Shown here: positions 57,195 through 64,000 of the stretch, piece after piece
Numbering within the stretch: position 1 is the first letter of the stretch
Layout: every line of letters begins with the position of its first letter
Assembly: GCA_964474825.1 (NCBI GenBank)
Contig: CAYYWQ010000001.1
Location: 884,152-948,151 of the forward strand
From: an uncultured Candidatus Saccharibacteria bacterium
GTDB lineage: Bacteria; Patescibacteriota; Doudnabacteria; UBA920
Direction: 5' to 3'
DNA length: 64,000 bases
Program-made: the position numbers and the translations under genes
The notes under the pieces: model-generated
Seen by the model: the letters and a program-made list of their open reading frames with translations, nothing else
Told to the model about the DNA's origin: nothing
Database searches by the model: none

Positions 57195-57351
57195 AAAATC
57201 TGTATTTCTGATAGCTGTATTTCTGCTTCGACCTTTTGATAAGTCAGCGCTATCTTTCAGTGATTATAGATGATGTTTTTTTTACTGTCAATATTTATTT
57301 AATAAAATAAAATCCCGCCATCAATAATAGGCGGGATTTTAAAAATATAAT

Positions 57352-57798
57352 TTAAGCAGTGGGTTGTTCAGGAACTGGTGCTTCTTTTTCAGCCGGCTTC
57401 TCTACAGTAGCAGGTTCTTCCTGGGCAGGAGCCGCGGCTTCCTCTACTTTGGCAGATTCAGCAGCTGGAGCTTCAGCAGATACTTCGGCTTTTGGTGCTT
57501 CTGCGGCAGGAGCGGGTTCAACAGGTTTCTTTGGTGTATTAAACGCCCTAACTTTTTTGGCGTCTAACAAATTTTTTGTAACCAGTAAATTGTGGACAGT
57601 TGGAGAAATTTCTACGCCTTTGGAAATCCAAAGTTTTAAACGGTCCTGGTCTTTAACGGCCAAGACTTTTGTGCGGGGGTTATAGCTACCCAAAATCTCG
57701 GTGAACTTTTTGGAAGCAGAAGATTTCTTTTCCGCCAGCACTACCCTAAAATCCGGGCTGTTCTTTTTGCCTGTTCTTTGTAAACGAATAATAAGCAT
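57352..57798 (-). CDS. rpsP: 30S ribosomal protein S16 with Ala/Pro/Glu-rich C-terminal extension
   Basis: MLIIRLQRTGKKNSPDFRVVLAEK. Confidence 0.9.
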   Translation of the reverse strand: MLIIRLQRTGKKNSPDFRVVLAEKKSSASKKFTEILGSYNPRTKVLAVKDQDRLKLWISKGVEISPTVHNLLVTKNLLDAKKVRAFNTPKKPVEPAPAAEAPKAEVSAEAPAAESAKVEEAAAPAQEEPATVEKPAEKEAPVPEQPTA

Positions 57799-58013
57799 AA
57801 TGAAATTATGAAAATAATAAACTAATAAAATTATAATGTTCTAAGTCCTCACAAACGTTCAGCAGAACCTCTGGGGATTAGAAACTAAATGAGCGTGAGA
57901 ATATTCTACCAGCATTATGCGTTTTAGTCAACAGCCTAAACACCCCTTGGTCCTTTTGCATTACTGCACTAGTGCGCTAGTGTAAAAGGACCACAACCAA
58001 ACAAAAAGACGGG

Positions 58014-58646
58014 CTATTGGCCCGCCTCGTCGGCTTTCCGATTTTTCAAATGTCTCCACACCCACCACACTCCCCCAAGAATAATCAGAACTATAATCGC
58101 GGTATCAAAACCATGCAGCCGGTCGCGGATAGTATTCCAATTTTCCCCGAGCTTAAGGCCCAAATAAGCTAAAAAATAAGTCCAAATTACGCTGCCAACA
58201 AAGGAATAAATTAAAAAAGGTGTCTTTGGCATGCGCGCTATGCCGGCGGGCAGGGAAATAAAAGTACGCACTACAGGCAAAAGCCTTCCTATAAAGGTAG
58301 AAAGGTTGCCGTACTTGGCAAAAAATCTGTCGGCAATGTCTAAATCGTGGTGCGAAACTAAAAAATATTTTCCATATTTTTCTACAATTGGCCGGCCGCC
58401 GTATTTTCCAATTTCATAAATAACCCAGCTGCCTATCATGCTACCCGCTCCGCCTGCTAAAGAAACACCCCATAAAGAAAACCGTCCCGTATAAACTAAG
58501 TAACCGGCAAAGGGGCCAATAATTTCACTGGGCAGAGGAATGCAAGCACTTTCAATAGCCATTAAAACAGCCACTCCCGGATACCCAAGAGTGGAAATGG
58601 TGTTAACAATAAAATTTGTAAGGATAGAAATAATATGTTCTATCAT
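58014..58646 (-). CDS. DedA/VTT-family membrane protein
   Basis: GYPGVAVLMAIESACIPLPSEII ... RLLPVVRTFISLPAGIARM. Confidence 0.8.
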   Translation of the reverse strand: MIEHIISILTNFIVNTISTLGYPGVAVLMAIESACIPLPSEIIGPFAGYLVYTGRFSLWGVSLAGGAGSMIGSWVIYEIGKYGGRPIVEKYGKYFLVSHHDLDIADRFFAKYGNLSTFIGRLLPVVRTFISLPAGIARMPKTPFLIYSFVGSVIWTYFLAYLGLKLGENWNTIRDRLHGFDTAIIVLIILGGVWWVWRHLKNRKADEAGQ

Positions 58647-58657
58647 AAAATTTTAAT

Positions 58658-61279
58658 TTATGACTTAGCGTATTCTTTTGCCTGGTCCAGTTTAATGGAA
58701 AGAAGTTTGCTAATTCCATCGTCGCCCATTGTGACGCCGTAAAGCATAACCGCATTAGCCATGGTCTCGCGGTTGTGGGTAATGGTAATAAACTGGGTCT
58801 GGTGTCCTAATGTGCTTAAAATTTGTCCGAAACGAATAGTATTAGCTTCGTCCAGCGCTGCGTCTACTTCGTCTAATACAACGAAAGGCGAAGGGAAACA
58901 TGCCAGTAGGCTGCAGAGCAAGGCTATGGAAGTTAAAGCGCGTTCCCCGCCGGACAGAGCTTGGATGGTAGAAAGTTTTTTGTTAGGTGGTGTGGCCTTT
59001 ATGTCTACCCCAACAATGTTGCTTGCCGGATGAGCGTATTTTTCCACAACTTTTTCTTCCGGCCTTAGCTGGTCTTGTTTGTCTTCTCCTTCGTTTTCTA
59101 CTGCCTCAGCCATAATCTCTTCGCTTTTGTCTTCGGCCTTCATTACGCTCAAATAGGCGCGGCCGCCGTTAAATAGCATACGGAAATAAAATTCAAACTT
59201 TTCGTTGATTTTATGGAATGACTCGTTAAATTTGGATTTAATATGTTCATCCAATTCGTCTAAAATCCCCCTTAGGTCGTTCATTCCTTTTTTTAAATCT
59301 TCTATTTGGCCGCTTAAGTTGGTAAAGCGCGCTTCAGTTTCCTGATATTCTTTTAGGGTCAGCTCATCCATACCGCCTATCATTTCCAACTGGTTTTTTA
59401 GGCGCATAATTTTTTCGCCCAAACCGTTTTCCGAATGCGTCACCGGTTGCTTGTCCCACTCCTGGATTATTTCCAAACCTAAAATCCTTTTTACCTCTTC
59501 CATAAGCACTTCCATTTGGGTGTCGAACTTGGCTTTTTCAATGCTAATGGCAGATTCCTGGTCTTTAACTTTAGAAATCTTGTCCTGCAGTTCCCGGAAT
59601 AAATTTTCTGCCTGGCGCAAATCGCTGCGCCGTCCTTCTTCTTCCTGGTAATAAACTTTTAAGGACTGCTCAACAGCGGAGATTTCATGACCTTGAGCTT
59701 CCAATTGTTTTTTTAAATGATCCTCTTGAGTGATTAAACCTTTAATAAAGTCATCCATGGAATGACTTTGGGCTTTTTTAAGTTCCAAATCTAAATGCAG
59801 GCGCTGCTGATCGAGCTCGGCCAGTTGTTTGGCAAGAAAATCCGAACTCATTTTAGAACCCGACAGCTCCAGTTCCTGTTTTCTGACCTGCTCGGACAGC
59901 CGATCCCTCTCTTCTAAGGCTGCCTGAAGTTCTTTTTGGAAGACTACTAAAGTCGCTTCCGGATTTTTTACAACGTTTTTGGCCGCTTCACGGAATTTTA
60001 CCAAGCTGGATTTTAAATTCTCAGCCCCCGCCCTCGCTGCTTCTAAGTCTGCCGCGGTTTGTAAATTGGCATAAAAATTTTCAAAAGTTTCTTCCAAAGA
60101 TTTTAATTCCAAATCAAATAACGACCAGTCAATTTGGGCAGGATTTTTTGTCCTGCCGTAAAGTTCATTAAGCTTGTCTGTTAACTGCTGTAAATGCTTG
60201 TGCTGCTGAACAAGCAAAGAGCTTAAATGCTGCTGCTGTTTTTCCGCTTCCTGCAATTTTTCCTTTGTTTCCAAAATCGCGCCGGCTTTTTGGTGCAGTT
60301 CTACTTGAAGTGTTTTGGGATCCCCTGCTAAAGTTTTTTGCCCCTGCATTTTACCGCGCACTACGCTTATTTCTTCCAAAACTTTATTTTTCCCGTCTTG
60401 AAGAACTTTAAGTTGTTCCTGGATTTGGCGGTAACGCGCGCCATCGCCTTGGCTGGAGGATTCCAAATGCTCCAATTGTTTTCTGTGTTTAGCCGACTCT
60501 TCTTCCAATTTTACCCGCTCTTCTTGGGACTCCGCAAGACGCTTGAGCACACCACCCAAAGAAGTTTTTAAAGAATAGTAACTAAAACCAAATAATTGTT
60601 TTTCGTAAGTTTTTAATTCCTGCTCCAACTCACTACGCGCTTCCATTTTTTTTGCCTGGCGCCTAAGGCTCTTTAGCCTTGGCTCTATTTCTTTTACTAA
60701 ATCTTCAGCGCGCATTAAATTCTGCGCGGTTTGTTCAAGCCTGCGCAGGCTGCGGTCGCGTTTAATATAGTAAGTCTTAACGCCGCTGGCTTCGTCTATC
60801 AAATTTTTTATTTCACTAGGGCCCTGCAAAATCATTTGGTCAATTGTCCCTTGGCCAATTACCGTGTAGCGTGAGGTGCCGATGTTGCTGCGTAACACTA
60901 AGTCTATAATATCAAGCAATCTAACACGATTGCCGTTTAGTAAATATTCGCTTTCGCCACTTCTGTCTATGCGCCGGCCAATAGCAACTTCCGATGCGTC
61001 TACGGGTATGCGATGGTCGCGGTTGTCAAAAGTAGCAATAACTTCGGCAAAACCCATTTTGGTTTTTTTCTCACTGCCCGCAAAAATAACGTCGTCACTT
61101 TTTTTCCCGCGAATAAGCTTAGCACTCTGTTCCCCCAAAACCCAGCGTAAACAGTCGGCCACGTTAGATTTCCCGGAGCCATTGGGCCCCACAATAGCAA
61201 TAATCCCCTGGGAAAATTCCATGGTCGTTTTATGGGCAAAGCTTTTGAATCCTTGTATTTCTAGGCGCTTAAGATACAT
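58658..61279 (-). CDS. smc: SMC-family chromosome segregation ATPase, short form without recognisable hinge
   Basis: The N-terminal head has Walker A (GPNGSGKSN). The C-terminal head has the signature LSGGERALTSIAL and Walker B (VVLDEVDAALD). A roughly 530-aa coiled-coil middle has no G-rich hinge or zinc hook. Confidence 0.75.
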   Translation of the reverse strand: MYLKRLEIQGFKSFAHKTTMEFSQGIIAIVGPNGSGKSNVADCLRWVLGEQSAKLIRGKKSDDVIFAGSEKKTKMGFAEVIATFDNRDHRIPVDASEVAIGRRIDRSGESEYLLNGNRVRLLDIIDLVLRSNIGTSRYTVIGQGTIDQMILQGPSEIKNLIDEASGVKTYYIKRDRSLRRLEQTAQNLMRAEDLVKEIEPRLKSLRRQAKKMEARSELEQELKTYEKQLFGFSYYSLKTSLGGVLKRLAESQEERVKLEEESAKHRKQLEHLESSSQGDGARYRQIQEQLKVLQDGKNKVLEEISVVRGKMQGQKTLAGDPKTLQVELHQKAGAILETKEKLQEAEKQQQHLSSLLVQQHKHLQQLTDKLNELYGRTKNPAQIDWSLFDLELKSLEETFENFYANLQTAADLEAARAGAENLKSSLVKFREAAKNVVKNPEATLVVFQKELQAALEERDRLSEQVRKQELELSGSKMSSDFLAKQLAELDQQRLHLDLELKKAQSHSMDDFIKGLITQEDHLKKQLEAQGHEISAVEQSLKVYYQEEEGRRSDLRQAENLFRELQDKISKVKDQESAISIEKAKFDTQMEVLMEEVKRILGLEIIQEWDKQPVTHSENGLGEKIMRLKNQLEMIGGMDELTLKEYQETEARFTNLSGQIEDLKKGMNDLRGILDELDEHIKSKFNESFHKINEKFEFYFRMLFNGGRAYLSVMKAEDKSEEIMAEAVENEGEDKQDQLRPEEKVVEKYAHPASNIVGVDIKATPPNKKLSTIQALSGGERALTSIALLCSLLACFPSPFVVLDEVDAALDEANTIRFGQILSTLGHQTQFITITHNRETMANAVMLYGVTMGDDGISKLLSIKLDQAKEYAKS

Positions 61280-61301
61280 TTATTTTTGTTTCTAAAAAAA
61301 T

Positions 61302-61574
61302 TTAGTCGAAAAATCTGACTTTCCAAGAATGTGGTCCGTTAACTTTTAAAACTTTAGCTTTATGTCCAGTAGTCGGAGGCTCGCCAGGCGCTCTGAGAGC
61401 AAAAACTTCAACAATATCCTGCTCTTTAAAATCAAAGTCACGCAACTGGGGGTCTGGTACTAAATTAATATCTGCTGTGCCATCAGAATTATTTATTATT
61501 TCCTCTTTTGAAACAGCAAACTGACGCTCAGATGGAATATCTTCTTCTAATAATTCTTTTCTTATTTCTGCCAT
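61302..61574 (-). CDS. Hypothetical small protein (91 aa)
   Basis: MAEIRKELLEEDIPSERQF...; the start was trimmed to avoid overlap with rnc. Confidence 0.4.
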   Translation of the reverse strand: MAEIRKELLEEDIPSERQFAVSKEEIINNSDGTADINLVPDPQLRDFDFKEQDIVEVFALRAPGEPPTTGHKAKVLKVNGPHSWKVRFFD

Positions 61575-61581
61575 ATTAAAA

Positions 61582-62295
61582 CTAAAAATTGTTATTCTTA
61601 AGCGCATTCTCCGCTGCCGCCAACTCCGCTTCCTGTTTAGAAGGTCCAGTACCCCGGCCCACTTCCTCGCTGGCAATAAAGGCTCCGACAACGAACATTT
61701 TATTGTGGTCCGGTCCGGTTTCGGAAACAACGGAGTAAGTCGGAGTAATACCGCGTTTGTCCTGGACTAATTCCTGCAGTTTGGATTTGGGGTCTACATA
61801 GGTTTCCCCTGCAATAACTTTTGTCAGTTCGACTAAAATTTCCCGAGCCACAAAATTTGTGGTTACCTGATAGCCGGCGTCCAAATACATTGCGCCAATG
61901 ACCGCTTCTATGCAGTTAGCCAAAATAACTTGCCTAGCACGGCCAATGTCTTTGGCTTCGCCGCGAGACATAAGTAAAAATTGTTCCAGTTGAAGTCTGC
62001 GCGCAATGTCGCTTAGCATTTTATAGTTTACCAATGCGCTGCGGAAGTTGGTAAGCTCACCTTCGGGATGGTCGTAATTTTTATACAAATATTCCGTGGC
62101 CGCAAGTTCCAAAACAGCGTCCCCCAAAAATTCCAAACGTTCGTTGTGAGGCAAATGGAAACCGCGGTTTTCGTTCAGGTAAGACCGGTGGGTAAAGGCT
62201 GAAAGGTACAAATCAGGATTATTGATTTTTACCCCTAATATTTTTTCTAGTTCTTTTTGATCAATTTGAGGCACAATTGTGGAATCCGGAGTCAA
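61582..62295 (-). CDS. rnc: Ribonuclease III
   Basis: The RNase III signature is ERLEFLGDAVLEL, with a C-terminal dsRBD. Confidence 0.9.
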   Translation of the reverse strand: MTPDSTIVPQIDQKELEKILGVKINNPDLYLSAFTHRSYLNENRGFHLPHNERLEFLGDAVLELAATEYLYKNYDHPEGELTNFRSALVNYKMLSDIARRLQLEQFLLMSRGEAKDIGRARQVILANCIEAVIGAMYLDAGYQVTTNFVAREILVELTKVIAGETYVDPKSKLQELVQDKRGITPTYSVVSETGPDHNKMFVVGAFIASEEVGRGTGPSKQEAELAAAENALKNNNF

Positions 62296-62365
62296 GAATC
62301 AGGAATTAAGGTTTTAACTTAATTCATAATTCTTGCTTCTTAATTCTTAAAATGGATTTTTTTGC

Positions 62366-62571
62366 CCCTCGGCTGCGCTCGGGACACTCGACTCGCTATA
62401 AAAATCGTGGTTGGTTGAGGCCTCCCAAAGGCCGAAACCACGAGCGAGTGCCTCTCGACTCGTCGGATGCACTCCTCGCTCGAGACATTCGACTTAGCTT
62501 AAATATTATCATTAGCTATTTAAGGGTCGAAGACCATGAGCGAAGTTTCAGCTTGCTGAAACGAAGTCGAA
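62366..62571. repeat. tRNA-Val 3'-flanking conserved structured element, copy 2 (longer variant)
   Basis: The core 62376-62455 is near-identical to copy 1. Extra hairpins are present (gtttcagc-tt-gctgaaac). Confidence 0.5.
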
Positions 62572-62647
62572 TGGTGGGCGGTACAGGAATCGAACCTGTC
62601 ACCTACTCTACGTCAAAGAGTCGCTCTACCATATGAGCTAACCGCCC
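62572..62647 (-). tRNA. tRNA-Val (anticodon GAC), CCA encoded
   Basis: Reverse strand: GGGCGGTTAGCTCATATGGTAGAGCGACTCTTTGACGTAGAGTAGGTGACAGGTTCGATTCCTGTACCGCCCACCA. Confidence 0.85.
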
Positions 62648-62765
62648 TGTCTTCGTAAACACTTCGCAGGGCAAGACAATTTCTCATCAACTGATGTAAA
62701 TTTGAGTCTCGCCCTCCGTAGCCTTGGCGAAGGGGGGAGCTAACCGCCCAAAGTTTATAAAATGA

Positions 62766-63701
62766 TCAACCTACCGCTGGCGCGGGAGCTGTTTCTAAGG
62801 AGACTGTTTTGTTCTCGGCTCTAGTCGGAGTTATCTTTTGCAAAAAAAACAACATTAAGGCTATGTTTAAAAATGCATTAAGCATACCCAGTAATACCCA
62901 GAGCAATAACCCTCCCAAGGCTTTAATTATAGTAAAAATGCCTAAAATATGCAAAAAGCCATAATTATTGAGTTCTATTACTAAAATTCGTAAAGACGTC
63001 CTAACCAAAGAAACCAACCCCGCCCCCACAACAAAGCTGGCAAGGTAAATAATGGCCAAAAGCAGGCTTAAGGCCAAAATTTGCTGCCAACACTCGGCAA
63101 AAAAATCTGTGGCCGCGTTTATAGCCCTTTTAAGGGGCAGCCCGGATAAAACAACAAACATACCGGTAAAAATATTCAGGCAGGAAATAGTAAATGCTAG
63201 CGGAAAAAAAATAACCACGCTCAAGACCAAAAGCATATTTTGCAAAGGAGCAGTATCTACGTCTACCCACAACGGCGCGGCTAACACCACTAACGCCCCA
63301 AGCATGCACAACGAAGTAAGCACACTTACTTTGATCATTGGCCATAAAAAACTTTTACTTTGCTTTATGAGCTGGATTAAACTATTATGTTTTTTTTCTA
63401 ATACAGATTGCGCCTTAAGCAAAATTAAAATTTTTGACCAGTTAGTCAAAAAAATAGTAATTAAGGCCAACCACAAAACACTTAAGCAAATACCTACCAA
63501 CACCGCCGGATGTTGTATTAAATATTGAACAAAATGCGGGGCGTTTATCCTCTCCCCCAATTGGCGAGGGCTTTTGGGTAAAAAGAAAAAATTTAAGTTA
63601 AAAGCTCCCACAACAAACATCCCAAAAAGCCAAAACATTGGATACCGTTTGGTGATTAAGTAAGCTTTGTAAATAATATCCGCGTAGGAAAACATAACCA
63701 A
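62766..63701 (-). CDS. Hypothetical polytopic membrane protein (about 8 TM)
   Basis: A hydrophobic 311-aa ORF. Confidence 0.45.
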   Translation of the reverse strand: MVMFSYADIIYKAYLITKRYPMFWLFGMFVVGAFNLNFFFLPKSPRQLGERINAPHFVQYLIQHPAVLVGICLSVLWLALITIFLTNWSKILILLKAQSVLEKKHNSLIQLIKQSKSFLWPMIKVSVLTSLCMLGALVVLAAPLWVDVDTAPLQNMLLVLSVVIFFPLAFTISCLNIFTGMFVVLSGLPLKRAINAATDFFAECWQQILALSLLLAIIYLASFVVGAGLVSLVRTSLRILVIELNNYGFLHILGIFTIIKALGGLLLWVLLGMLNAFLNIALMLFFLQKITPTRAENKTVSLETAPAPAVG

Positions 63702-63885
63702 ATAAAGGTTTTTAAGAGCAACGCTGTATTAGCTCCTCGGCTCACTCAAATCTACCATCTAATGGTTGATTTGGCTCGCTCTACGTCGCTAATAAACAAT
63801 TAACGATTAACAGATATTAACCACAGTTAATAGTCAATTGTTAATCGTTAAAAGAAAATTATTAATTGTAGTTCTTAAGCCACTG

Positions 63886-64000
63886 CTTCCACTGGAGGCA
63901 CGGGTAAGTCCTGGAACTCAGGCACTCTTTTTTTTCCAGGCGGAATTAAATCCTTAACAATATCATGGAATTGCTCCTGCTCCAAAGTTTCTTCTTTAAT
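63886..64000 (-). CDS. 3' end of an unidentified gene running in from beyond the window
   Basis: The reverse frame is open to the window end and stops as ...DLPVPPVEAVA*. Confidence 0.3.

Noticed and set aside
62352-62636. 94-aa plus-strand ORF
   Set aside because: It lies entirely within the tRNA-Val-associated repeat and antisense to tRNA-Val(GAC).
63860-63910. Possible SRP-RNA-like GGAAGCAG motif (ccagtggaagcagtggc, minus strand)
   Set aside because: It lacks the GNRA tetraloop and symmetric loop context of SRP domain IV. It also sits inside an open reading frame that terminates cleanly, so coding sequence is more parsimonious.
1-64000. CRISPR arrays, rRNA genes, transposases/integrases
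   Set aside because: No regularly spaced direct repeats with unique spacers, no rRNA-like conserved blocks, and no transposase or integrase-like ORFs were seen. The repeats present are short palindromic intergenic elements.

Overview
This 64-kb window looks like a compact, gene-dense bacterial chromosome segment, about 42% GC, with roughly 90% of genes on the minus strand. By inference it resembles a small-genome Patescibacteria/CPR-like or Firmicute-like lineage. The evidence is the rny-ymdB pairing, an HrcA/CIRCE heat-shock operon, an LCP protein, multiple type IV pilin-like genes and very short, stylised intergenic spacers.

Recognisable housekeeping genes: ftsA (partial), rpsU, hisS-like, lepB, der, pth, dprA, capA-like, topA, dnaJ/dnaK/grpE/hrcA, msrB, clpP, nusA, yraN, ymdB, rny, sodA, rplS, rluD-like, trmD, rpsP, a hingeless SMC, rnc, and three tRNAs (Val-CAC, Lys-UUU, Val-GAC).

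Accessory content:
- A MacAB-type ABC efflux operon with an AbrB-like regulator.
- A cell-surface island at about 26.4-33.8 kb. It contains a secreted TIM-barrel protein, a 1016-aa sugar-dehydrogenase-propeller/PKD/3xPA14 protein, a GT-C membrane glycosyltransferase and a processive GT2 with QxxRW. Type IV pilin-like genes lie on either side of the island.
- An unusual hrcA-grpE-X-Y-dnaK-metzincin-DUF-dnaJ operon.
- A conserved roughly 85-nt structured element repeated just downstream of both tRNA-Val genes.
- At least four families of stop-codon-rich palindromic intergenic spacers.
- Two long non-coding gaps (10.03-10.44 kb and 12.69-13.30 kb) with candidate structured RNA or a small ORF.
- A small Cys-containing peptide gene that has its own SD and terminator.

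No CRISPR array, rRNA or clear transposase is present. Hand-derived coordinates may be off by 1-2 nt.
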